A stretch of DNA of 26,245 bases, taken from NCBI GenBank assembly GCA_964244895.1, contig CAXTKV010000051.1, forward strand, positions 1 through 26,245, in the 5' to 3' direction. The position numbers and the translations under genes are program-made. Of the stretch, positions 8,496-16,501 are shown piece by piece; the stretch's first letter is position 1, and each line of letters begins with the position of its first letter. The notes beneath the pieces were generated by a model, which was given only the letters and a program-made list of their open reading frames with translations, was not told the DNA's origin and did not search any database. The DNA is from an uncultured Deinococcales bacterium. GTDB taxonomy: Bacteria; Deinococcota; Deinococci; Deinococcales; JAAFIG01.

Positions 8496-9719
8496 ATGAC
8501 CCGAGAACAGCAACTGGACAATTACGCGCGCCTGTCCGTAGCAATCGGATTGAACCTGCGCGCCGGACAGCGTTTGTTCATCACGGCCCCTTTAGAGACC
8601 GCGCCGCTGGTGCACCGCATCGCGGAACATGCCTACAAGGCCGGAGCGAGGCTGGTTCAGGTCGTCTACAACGACGAACAACTCGAGCCGATCCGTTTCG
8701 CTCACGCGCCGCGCGATTCTTTTAACGAATATCCCGAGTGGATCGCGGCGGCCTGGTCGGGTGCGCTCGAGCGCGGCGATGCCTTCTTGAGCGTCGCCGC
8801 CGGCGATCCTGACCTGCTCAAGAACGCCGACCCAAAGCTCGTCCAGCAGGTGGCGCGCGTCCGCCAGGAGCGCCTGCTCGAGGCCAGAGAAGGGCTGATG
8901 CGGAACCAGGTCAACTGGTTGGTGGTCAGCGTCCCGATTCCCTCCTGGGCTCGCCGCGTCTTTCCAGACTTGCCCGAAGCCCAGGCGCTCGAGCAACTCT
9001 GGAATGCCATTTTCAAGACCGTCCGCGCCGACCAGCCCGACCCGGTGGCCGCGTGGCGCGCGCACCTCGAGAAACTCGACGCGCGCCGCAACTGGTTGAA
9101 CGCGCAACGTTTCACGGAACTGCACCTGCGCGGTGGCGGCACCGACCTCCGCATCGGCCTGCCAGAGGGCCACATCTGGACGAGCGGTCAGAGCCTGGCG
9201 CAAAACGGCGTGCTGTTCTGCGCCAATTTGCCAACCGAGGAAGTCTTCACCATGCCCCACAAGGATCGCGTCAACGGAACGGTGCGTTCCACCAAACCCT
9301 TCGCGCACAACGGCGTGCTGGTCGAAGGCATCGAAGTCGAATTCCAGGCCGGTCGGATCGTTCGCGCCAGCGCCCAGCGCGGCCAGGAGACCTTCCTGGG
9401 CTTACTCGATACCGACGAAGGATCCCGGCGAATCGGCGAAATTGCCCTGGTGCCCCACAAGAACCCCGTCTCTGACGCAGGAATCCTCTTCCTCAACACC
9501 CTCTTCGACGAGAACGCCGCCAGCCACATCGCCCTCGGGCGGGCGTACCCGTTCACCCTACACGGTGGCCCAGCCATGGACGACCAGGAACTCGAGACCG
9601 CCGGAGCCAACATCAGCCTGGTGCACGAGGACTGGATGATCGGTTCCGACCAGATCGACGTGGACGGCATCACCGACGGTGAATCCATCCCCGTGATGCG
9701 CGGCGGGGAGTGGGCTTAG
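8496..9719 (+). CDS. Aminopeptidase, peptidase family M29 (AmpS/aminopeptidase T-like)
   Basis: Motifs NLPTEEVFT, IGEIALVP, TLFDENAASHIALGRAY and N-S-VH-DWMIG. TACGCT lies 6 nt before the ATG. Confidence 0.93.
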   Translation: MTREQQLDNYARLSVAIGLNLRAGQRLFITAPLETAPLVHRIAEHAYKAGARLVQVVYNDEQLEPIRFAHAPRDSFNEYPEWIAAAWSGALERGDAFLSVAAGDPDLLKNADPKLVQQVARVRQERLLEAREGLMRNQVNWLVVSVPIPSWARRVFPDLPEAQALEQLWNAIFKTVRADQPDPVAAWRAHLEKLDARRNWLNAQRFTELHLRGGGTDLRIGLPEGHIWTSGQSLAQNGVLFCANLPTEEVFTMPHKDRVNGTVRSTKPFAHNGVLVEGIEVEFQAGRIVRASAQRGQETFLGLLDTDEGSRRIGEIALVPHKNPVSDAGILFLNTLFDENAASHIALGRAYPFTLHGGPAMDDQELETAGANISLVHEDWMIGSDQIDVDGITDGESIPVMRGGEWA

Positions 9720-9898
9720 GTCGTCGCTGCGCCCCGATTCCGGCACTACCGCTCGAGAAAACCTCGCCTTTTGCCGCTTGCGCATTCTTGCAAATCAAGC
9801 TGGAGCGTTCGGCGCGACGAAGAGTGAAACCTGTAAAGACCGTCCAGTACGGCATTCCTACCGATTCGCGCCCGAGTATAAACCGACCGGCCCAAGCC

Positions 9899-9927
9899 TT
9901 GACACCTTTTCGGGGGCGGTTTACAAT
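9899..9927 (+). promoter_or_regulatory. Near-consensus sigma70-type promoter of the tRNA operon
   Basis: TTGACA-N17-TACAAT, 25 nt upstream of tRNA-Asp. Confidence 0.88.
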
Positions 9928-9952
9928 CCAGTGCCTCTCGGAGGGGTCGTGT

Positions 9953-10028
9953 GGACCGGTGGTGCAGTGGTTAGCATACCCGCCTGTCACGCGGGTGGTC
10001 GCGGGTTCAAGTCCCGTCCGGTCCGCCA
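9953..10028 (+). tRNA. tRNA-Asp (GTC)
   Basis: Acceptor stem GGACCGG/CCGGTCC, anticodon arm CCCGC-CTGTCAC-GCGGG, GGTTCAAGTCC T-arm and encoded CCA. Confidence 0.97.
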
Positions 10029-10073
10029 CACCAACCCCTCGAGAGTTTTTCTTCCCGCCCGTTCCGGGTGCTC

Positions 10074-10149
10074 GCCAAGGTAGCTCAGTTGGTAGAGCAT
10101 GCGACTGAAAATCGCAGTGTCGCCGGTTCAATTCCGGCCCTTGGCACCA
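10074..10149 (+). tRNA. tRNA-Phe (GAA)
   Basis: Acceptor stem GCCAAGG/CCTTGGC, anticodon arm TGCGA-CTGAAAA-TCGCA, GGTTCAATTCC T-arm and encoded CCA. Confidence 0.97.
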
Positions 10150-10153
10150 GGAT

Positions 10154-10178
10154 AAACCCCGTCAATGACGGGGTTTTT
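10154..10178 (+). terminator. Intrinsic terminator of the tRNA operon
   Basis: AAACCCCGTC-AAT-GACGGGGTTTTT. Confidence 0.9.
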
Positions 10179-10361
10179 GCGCTGATGTCAAAGTTGCTTC
10201 GGGCGATTGTACTGCGAAAAACGCGGCGGTCGTTGGACAATTCGCGTACACGGAAATCGTGCCAGCGGCATGATTCTCTTTCCAGAATGTGCTTTTAATG
10301 AGCCTAGGGTTATCTGATTCGAGGAGACGGCGGAACGAAATATGCCGTCATAGGGGGAATA

Positions 10362-12866
10362 ATGTTCGTTCGTCTGAAACGATTTGTGCCGATTATCGCA
10401 CTGTCTTGGTTGCTCACCGCTTGCCCACAACTGACCGCCCCCGCCGAACTGAGCGTGACACCCTCGAGCCTAACGCTCAATACGGGCGACAACCCCGTCA
10501 ATTTGAACGCCGCCTTGAAGAATTCAAGCGCGACCATCACATGGTCGCTGGCAGGAGAAGGAAACCTGACCGCGACCACGGGTGCGGTCGTACAGTACGT
10601 TCCACCATCTGCTCTGGACGACCAGAAGACGGCCACCATCGTCGTGAGTGCGGGTGCGTTAGCGCGCACGATCACCGTCACTATCAAACCCAGACCCAAC
10701 CTGTTTGTCAGTCCTGAAAACCCCACCCTTTCCGCAGGAGGCGCAGCGTTCGAGTTCACTGCGCGCCTAGATCACGCGACCGGAGAGATCAACTGGACGC
10801 TCTCTGGCCCAGGAGCGCTCAGCGCCACGACGGGCTCGAGCGTGCGCTACACACCACCCGCAACCCTGTCCGATGCCACTGCCGCGACCCTAACCGCGAC
10901 CGCATCTGGCCTGAGCGTCAGCGTTACCATCGCCCTCGCGCCGTCGCAAACGGGCATCGTACTGAACCCGCTGGCTGCGACGCTGACCGCTGGTGATGCC
11001 CCCGTGAACTTCAACGCTGCCCTCACCAACTCAGGCGACACCATCTCATGGACACTCTCAGGGCCGGGCGTTATTGATGTCACGACTGGCTCGAGCGTGC
11101 GCTACACGCCACCAGCAACCCTGGACACCGAGCAGACCGCGACCCTGACGGCGAGCGGTGCAGGCTTGTCCCGAAGCGCCCAGATCACGATCAAACCGCG
11201 ATCAAAACTGACAGTTGCGATCACCAGCCCGACTGGAACGGTCTACTCGCGCGATGCGGTCACCGTCCAGGTCAACGTTTCCGGCGGCGCACCGGAAACC
11301 GTAGAACTCCTGCGCGATGGAAACCCGCTCGCCACGCTCGTACCGCCCTATCAGTACACCTGGAATGTCACCAACGAACCCGAAGGAGCGTACCACCTGA
11401 GCGCCCGCGCAAAACGCGGCACTGAACGTTTCGACTCGAGCGCTAACCTGACGGTTAACGTTGACCGTACCCCACCTGCAATCGCGGCTCGCACCCCCGC
11501 GCCCAATGCGACAGACGTAGCGCGCAACGCACCGATCACCATCGGGTTCTCGGAATCGCTCGAGCCCTCGAGTGTCAATGATGCCAGTCTGACGCTCACT
11601 CAGAACGGTTCCCCTGCGACGCGAACGGTACAACTCTCGAGCGACGGTCGTACCATCACCGTCACGCCCGCGACGAATCCTGAACCCACGACCGTGTACG
11701 CAATCAGTTTGACAAACCTGCGCGACCGAGCCGGGAATACCGTGTCTGCTGCGTGGACGTGGACGGTTCCTGACTGGCTCGAGTTCGGATACTTGGGGCA
11801 GGGAGAGCATTTTGGATGCAGTCAGTTGAAACTGGATTTCAAAGACCGACCTGTCGTGTATTGCGTGAACTTGATTGGTGGTTACGTTTATGGCTCTGTT
11901 CAACGCCTGACCAACGGTGCTTGGGAATCACTCGGTGGAGGAGCATTCAACACTGAAACGACGCAAAGTGTGCTGGCTGCAAAATTCGCTCTCAGGGCTG
12001 ATGGAACGCCCGTCGTAGCATCCATAGAAACCACTGGAACTACGAATGTCGTCTATGTTAAAGAATTGCGCGCAGGAACCTGGGTTTCTTTGGGGGGGCC
12101 GCTCAATATTGATCTCTCGAGGCAACTGGATACCTCATCACTCGATATTTCGCTCGACACGAACGGCTTGCCGATTGTCGCATTTATCGAAGCGAGCAAA
12201 ATGTATGTTCGACGTTTTCAATCGGGTTCTTGGATGACTCTAGGAGGCGATGCTGTACCCAACGCATCACCAACCGGATACTCAGCGCCAGCAAGTCCAA
12301 AGATCTTAATTCTTGCAGATGGTTCTGTCCACGCATTCTGGCAGACTTTTGAATCTGCGTATGTCACTAACATTTTTCATCAGAAATGGAGCGGATCATG
12401 GGCTACTGAAATTGGGTTCGGCAGTTATAGCATTTTTAACTACGAACCATTCTTTTATTCGAGTGGAATTCTACTCTTAAAGCTCGGCTCGGGTCGTTCG
12501 GGTTACTACGGAACGAACGTCGGGGTAGAAAAACTGAATGGATTGGGTGGGCAATATTTCAGCATTTCGAGTTCAGGTAGATCAGCAGGTTTGTCAAGTA
12601 ATGCAGTCATTTCTACTGATGGAGTCCTGTACACTGCCTATTTGCAAAGTCAGTCAGGATATCCCGGATTTCAAGGGTATGACGTGTTCGTGAGTGCTTT
12701 AACGAGTGATGTGTCCAAGTCTGTTGGTACTTCTCTTGAAAGCAACGCCACTACTCCTGTAGATTATGCGCCGACTAAGTTGTATATCGCCCTTGACTCT
12801 ACTAACACTCCTGTCGTCGCTATCGTGGGTTCGGCAAGATTGATTCTGAAACGCTATAACCGTTGA
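10362..12866 (+). CDS. Large surface lipoprotein: three internal Ig-like repeats, two further bacterial Ig-like domains and a divergent C-terminal beta-rich domain
   Basis: Lipobox LLTAC. Three roughly 82-aa repeats (I-x-W-[ST]-L-x-G-x-G...TTG-x-x-V-x-Y-x-PP). Ig-like segments TVAITSP..YQYTWN..GAYHLSARA and DRTPP..P..NATDV..PITIGFSE. Confidence 0.85.
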   Translation: MFVRLKRFVPIIALSWLLTACPQLTAPAELSVTPSSLTLNTGDNPVNLNAALKNSSATITWSLAGEGNLTATTGAVVQYVPPSALDDQKTATIVVSAGALARTITVTIKPRPNLFVSPENPTLSAGGAAFEFTARLDHATGEINWTLSGPGALSATTGSSVRYTPPATLSDATAATLTATASGLSVSVTIALAPSQTGIVLNPLAATLTAGDAPVNFNAALTNSGDTISWTLSGPGVIDVTTGSSVRYTPPATLDTEQTATLTASGAGLSRSAQITIKPRSKLTVAITSPTGTVYSRDAVTVQVNVSGGAPETVELLRDGNPLATLVPPYQYTWNVTNEPEGAYHLSARAKRGTERFDSSANLTVNVDRTPPAIAARTPAPNATDVARNAPITIGFSESLEPSSVNDASLTLTQNGSPATRTVQLSSDGRTITVTPATNPEPTTVYAISLTNLRDRAGNTVSAAWTWTVPDWLEFGYLGQGEHFGCSQLKLDFKDRPVVYCVNLIGGYVYGSVQRLTNGAWESLGGGAFNTETTQSVLAAKFALRADGTPVVASIETTGTTNVVYVKELRAGTWVSLGGPLNIDLSRQLDTSSLDISLDTNGLPIVAFIEASKMYVRRFQSGSWMTLGGDAVPNASPTGYSAPASPKILILADGSVHAFWQTFESAYVTNIFHQKWSGSWATEIGFGSYSIFNYEPFFYSSGILLLKLGSGRSGYYGTNVGVEKLNGLGGQYFSISSSGRSAGLSSNAVISTDGVLYTAYLQSQSGYPGFQGYDVFVSALTSDVSKSVGTSLESNATTPVDYAPTKLYIALDSTNTPVVAIVGSARLILKRYNR

Positions 12867-12886
12867 TCTTTTCACACTGGAGGAAC

Positions 12887-13273
12887 ATGAACAAGTACGT
12901 CGTGTTGTCTTTTGTCGTCGCGGTGTTGGCGGGCTGCAACAGTCCACCGCCAGCACCTTCGATCTCGAGCGTCGTCGTCACGCCCACCACGGCGTCCTGC
13001 TCGGTAGGCGGAACGCAACCGTTCGTTGCCGTGGCGCGCGACGCGAACGGATTGAGCCTCAACCCGCAACCGTCGTTCTCGTGGGCTTCGAGCCTGCCCT
13101 CGGTAGCGGGCGTAGACGCGGGAAGCGGGCTGGCCTCTTGTCAGGGCGCGGGCGTCACGAACGTTACGGCCAGCGCGGGTGGTGTGACCTCGAGTCCGGC
13201 ATCGTTGACGGTCGCGGCGGGAGGGGCGCGATTCGACAGCGCGAAGTTCGATCAGGCTGTGTTCAATCCATAG
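12887..13273 (+). CDS. Small lipoprotein with one Ig-like (Big_2-type) domain and C-terminal FDSAKFDQAVFNP motif
   Basis: GGAGG RBS before the ATG at 12887 (preferred over TTG 12863). Lipobox LAGC. Big_2-type pattern SVVVTP...FVAVARDANG...FSWASS-PSVA-VD--GL. Confidence 0.85.
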   Translation: MNKYVVLSFVVAVLAGCNSPPPAPSISSVVVTPTTASCSVGGTQPFVAVARDANGLSLNPQPSFSWASSLPSVAGVDAGSGLASCQGAGVTNVTASAGGVTSSPASLTVAAGGARFDSAKFDQAVFNP

Positions 13274-13280
13274 CGAATGC

Positions 13281-13337
13281 CGTCCAGGATGGAGTTCTGC
13301 ACCAACTGAAATGTGCGCTCTAGACGGTGCTTTCGAG
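13281..13337. repeat. Paired-box element, direct type (35-bp spacing)
   Basis: CGTCCAGGATG (13281-13291) and CGCTCTAGACG (13316-13326), then GTGCTTTCGAG. Confidence 0.6.
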
Positions 13338-13364
13338 TGTGCTTGAGTTTAAAAGGGGAATCGA

Positions 13365-14273
13365 ATGAAGACAGCCAAGCAGTTTCGGAACGTTGTGATC
13401 GGTTTCGCTTTGGGTTCGTTGGGCGTATACGCGCTGGCCGTGACGATCCCGAACACATTCACTGGCGGCCAAACGATCAGCGCCGCCTTATTCAACGCGA
13501 ACTTTGTCTCCCTCAAGACCGCCGTGGACGCGCTCGAGGCCAACGGCTCAGTCACTACCGCGCGTCTGGCAGATGGGTCGGTCACGGCGGGCAAGTTCTC
13601 CGCTTCGGGAGGCGCGGACGGCAAGGTACTGAAGCTTCAAGGCGGGAGCCTTGCCTGGGGCGACGACCAGGTCGGTACGGGCGGTGGCACGGCGTACACG
13701 GCGACGGATGGCGTGGCCTTGAATGGATCGCAGTTCAGCCTGGCGAATGGTGGCGTCTCGAGCGCCAAACTGGCGGATGGAGCGGTGTCTAGCGCGAAAC
13801 TGGCGGACAATTCCGTCTCGAGCGCGAAGACCAGCAACGAGCCGGGGATCGCGGCCAGTCGCAGCAACCGGAGCAATTTCATTTCGAGCACACAGAGCGT
13901 TTCGGACGTGGTTTCGGCTTCGATCACCACGCCGGATGCCGGGCAGATCATCGTGGATGCGAGCTTCCAGGCGGGTTTGCAGGGCACGGCGGGTGCGAAG
14001 TGTTTCATCAACGCGCAGATTGACGAGACGCCGGGCGGTTCGATCGATCTAGATAACAGTTACGCGGTCGGTTTTGATACCTTGCCGAACGCGAGCTTGA
14101 TCTATTTGCCGTACGCCACGCGCCGTATCTACCAGAAAGCTGCCGGGTCGTACACGTTTCGGCTCGAGGCGCTCAAGTCTGCTGACGCGGGTTGCTCGAG
14201 CGCGGACGCTTGGAATCCGCGCATTACGGTGATGTATGTGCCGACGACCTACGGCGCGGTGGTCACGAATTGA
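13365..14273 (+). CDS. Secreted protein with tail-fibre-like N-terminus and LADG(A/S)V(T/S)xAK decapeptide repeats
   Basis: AAGGGGAA RBS. Signal peptide ending in ALA. VTIPNTFTGGQTISAALFNANF segment. 30-bp tandem repeats at 13740-13829. Confidence 0.8.
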   Translation: MKTAKQFRNVVIGFALGSLGVYALAVTIPNTFTGGQTISAALFNANFVSLKTAVDALEANGSVTTARLADGSVTAGKFSASGGADGKVLKLQGGSLAWGDDQVGTGGGTAYTATDGVALNGSQFSLANGGVSSAKLADGAVSSAKLADNSVSSAKTSNEPGIAASRSNRSNFISSTQSVSDVVSASITTPDAGQIIVDASFQAGLQGTAGAKCFINAQIDETPGGSIDLDNSYAVGFDTLPNASLIYLPYATRRIYQKAAGSYTFRLEALKSADAGCSSADAWNPRITVMYVPTTYGAVVTN

Positions 14274-14296
14274 AGTTCTGATCGGCTGACAAAAGC

Positions 14297-14333
14297 GTGC
14301 CGGGGACACGTGTGGTGTCCCCGGCACATCTTT
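14297..14333 (+). terminator. Hairpin/probable intrinsic terminator closing the surface-protein operon
   Basis: Perfect 13-bp stem GTGCCGGGGACAC-GTGTG-GTGTCCCCGGCAC followed by ATCTTT. Confidence 0.7.
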
Positions 14334-14471
14334 ACCGCTGAGCTCAATCTCACACGGTGGGTCTTACAAATTTCTTACTCGTTATTCAACTTCTGGGGTT
14401 TCCGGCTGATCTACCACACGCCGTCCAGCGCGGGCTCGAGATGACTCGAGTTGTGTTTGCGTGACCGACCT

Positions 14472-14504
14472 TATACTTTCATTTCGTGTGGGTCTGACCC
14501 ACAC
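14472..14504 (+). promoter_or_regulatory. Candidate -10 box and perfect 19-bp palindrome (operator or 5'-UTR hairpin)
   Basis: TATACT at 14472-14477. GTGTGGGTC-T-GACCCACAC at 14486-14504, directly before the AGGAGG RBS. Confidence 0.55.
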
Positions 14505-14515
14505 CAGGAGGAAGG

Positions 14516-14962
14516 ATGAAGAAACTGATCGCGGTCGTCGGGGTGCTGGTGTTGGTTCTCTCGGGTTGCGCCTTGATCTTCAAGGGCGATTCGGCCAAGG
14601 TGACGTTCAATTCCAATCCTCAGGGTGCGACCGTGCTGCTCGATGGCAACAACATCGGGCTGACGCCGACCGAAGCGGTGCTGAAAACCAACAAGTCCTA
14701 CACGATCACGTTCCGGTTGGCGGGCAGTCAGGAGCGCACGTACATCCTGAACAACCGCGTGGGTGCCTTGTGGATCGTGCTGGACATTCTGGCGGGCGTC
14801 GTGCCGATCATCATCGATGCCGCCACGGGCGCGTGGTACGAGTTCGACACGACGAACGTGAATGTCACCTTGACACCTGCCGCCATGTCGCACGCGCCGT
14901 TGCCGAAGTGGGTTCAGGAATTGATCCACACGCACCCGGAGCAATTTCGGTTGACGCAATAA
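14516..14962 (+). CDS. PEGA-domain lipoprotein
   Basis: Lipobox LSGC. PEGA pattern SNPQGATVLLDG---GLTP. C-terminal IIDAATGAWY. AGGAGG RBS. Confidence 0.85.
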   Translation: MKKLIAVVGVLVLVLSGCALIFKGDSAKVTFNSNPQGATVLLDGNNIGLTPTEAVLKTNKSYTITFRLAGSQERTYILNNRVGALWIVLDILAGVVPIIIDAATGAWYEFDTTNVNVTLTPAAMSHAPLPKWVQELIHTHPEQFRLTQ

Positions 14963-14981
14963 GTTCTCGCGCTGCGGTTAG

Positions 14982-15006
14982 AACCGATCCGGGAGGGTCG
15001 GTTTTT
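14982..15006 (+). terminator. Intrinsic terminator
   Basis: AACCGATCC-GGGA-GGGTCGGTTTTT, 20 nt after the stop codon. Confidence 0.8.
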
Positions 15007-15047
15007 GGTTGCGTGCGGATCCTCAAGGCTCGAGACGTTGGGGAGAC

Positions 15048-15104
15048 CGTGCTGGACGGCATTCTTCGAGATCGAAACTGTGCGTCCAGGACGGTGTTCT
15101 CGAG
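15048..15104. repeat. Paired-box element, direct type (35-bp spacing) ending in CTCGAG
   Basis: CGTGCTGGACG (15048-15058) and CGTCCAGGACG (15083-15093), then GTGTTCTCGAG. Confidence 0.8.
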
Positions 15105-15202
15105 CGTAGGTCTTCGGGCAATGCCCGTGCTTAAGCCATTGTTGTTATGCGCTCAATGCGCGCAGCAACTACAGTCTTGGCTAATCACCACGGAGGATTC
15201 AC

Positions 15203-16240
15203 ATGACCATGACTGCGCTGGACATCAGACCCGTAGACCTGAGACGAGCGAGCGACGCCGAGTACGCGGCCTTGACAGGGTTTTTGAACGTCATGCGGGC
15301 CGAGCGCGTCCCGGAAGACTCACCCGTGCCGCTCGAGGAGCGCGTGGCGGGTTGGCGCGCGATTCCCGAGCGCGAACACATTGAAACCTGGGCGGTCTGG
15401 GAGGACGATCAGTTGATCGGGTACGCGGATGCAGGTTTCGATGCGGTGGCGACGGAAAACACGCACCTGATCTGGGCGGAGGTTTCCGTGCGCCCATCGC
15501 ACCGACGCCAGGGCATCGCGCGGGCATTGATCGAACGCGTCGTCGGGGTCGCCGTGCGCGCGGGACGACGATTGATCATCGGCGGCACGTCGGATCGCGC
15601 CCCAGCCGGGGAAGCGTTGATGAACCGTCTGGGCGCAAAGAAGGCGCTCGAGACGCACCTGAATCAGCTCCTGCTCGAGGATCTCGACCGCGAGTTGTTG
15701 CGGCGCTGGATTGTGGAAGGCCCGAACGGGGATTTCGAGCTGGGATTCTGGGACGGCGCGTACCCGGAAGATCAACTCGAGCGCATCTGTCAGCTGATGG
15801 ACGTGATGAACACCGCGCCCAGGGGCGAGCTGGAGATGGATGACTGGAAGGTCACGCCGGCGCAACTGCGCGAATGGGAGCGGCAAACTTCAGCGACTGG
15901 AACGGTTCGCTGGACGATCCACGCGACCGATCGCAAGACGGGCGAGTTCGTCGGGTACACCGAAACCGGCTGGAACCCGAACCGCCCCGAAATTCTGGGG
16001 CAGTGGGGCACGGGCGTCTTCCCGGAGTATCGCGGTCGGGGGCTGGGCAAGTGGCTCAAGGCCGCCATGCTCGAGCGCGCACTGCGCGAGCGCCCGAGCA
16101 TCACCAAGGTTCGCACCGGCAACGCGGACAGCAACGGGCCGATGTTGAAGATCAACCACGCCCTCGGTTTCAAGCCGTACATCGCGGACGCCGAATGGCA
16201 GGTCGAGGTCAATCAGGTGCTGGCCTACCTGGGTTCTTGA
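15203..16240 (+). CDS. Tandem GNAT-family N-acetyltransferase
   Basis: Two acetyl-CoA-binding motifs (VRPSHRRQGIARAL and TGVFPEYRGRGLGKWLK) plus TGNADSN-PMLKIN--LGF. GGAGG RBS. Confidence 0.92.
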   Translation: MTMTALDIRPVDLRRASDAEYAALTGFLNVMRAERVPEDSPVPLEERVAGWRAIPEREHIETWAVWEDDQLIGYADAGFDAVATENTHLIWAEVSVRPSHRRQGIARALIERVVGVAVRAGRRLIIGGTSDRAPAGEALMNRLGAKKALETHLNQLLLEDLDRELLRRWIVEGPNGDFELGFWDGAYPEDQLERICQLMDVMNTAPRGELEMDDWKVTPAQLREWERQTSATGTVRWTIHATDRKTGEFVGYTETGWNPNRPEILGQWGTGVFPEYRGRGLGKWLKAAMLERALRERPSITKVRTGNADSNGPMLKINHALGFKPYIADAEWQVEVNQVLAYLGS

Positions 16241-16256
16241 GGCGTTGAACGCAGCG

Positions 16257-16300
16257 ACACCGTCCAGCACGCGTTTTGTGAATAGCGTGCTGGATGGTGC
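16257..16300. repeat. Paired-box intergenic element, 44-bp type
   Basis: ACACCGTCCAGCACGC-N12-GCGTGCTGGATGGTGC. Confidence 0.88.
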
Positions 16301-16374
16301 TTTGCCGTGTGGCCCAAGCCTTCTCGAGCCATTCGACTTCGCTCAAACGCATCCCTGCGCGGCGACGTACCCAC

Positions 16375-16397
16375 GGAGGGCGAACCTCGTGTTCGCC
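16375..16397 (+). repeat. GTAG/GGAG-headed REP-like hairpin
   Basis: GGAG-GGCGAAC-CTCGT-GTTCGCC. Confidence 0.5.
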
Positions 16398-16447
16398 ATC
16401 GCGAACCGCTCGAGATGCAGGCTGCGTCTCGGGCTTGATGCTGCGAA

Positions 16448-16491
16448 ACACCGTCCAGTACGAACTTCTTCCCTCGCGTGCCCGACGGTGT
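16448..16491. repeat. Paired-box intergenic element, 44-bp type
   Basis: ACACCGTCCAGTACG...GCGTGCCCGACGGTGT. Confidence 0.85.
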
Positions 16492-16501
16492 TTTTGAATC
16501 A

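Noticed and set aside
10180..10361. Riboswitch upstream of the large lipoprotein
   Set aside because: Only a short GACGGC/GCCGTC stem is visible, with no aptamer consensus I recognise. An Rfam scan would settle it.
11780..12866. Diversity-generating retroelement target
   Set aside because: No template/variable repeat pair and no reverse transcriptase in the window.
12125..12960. Absence of CTCGAG as evidence of foreign origin
   Set aside because: Gaps of similar length occur in ordinary high-GC genes (about 1290-2080 and 3440-4360).
10074..15100. Prophage or integrative element inserted at tRNA-Phe
   Set aside because: No integrase, no duplicated tRNA 3' end and no phage structural genes. 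The fibre-like protein has a signal peptide.
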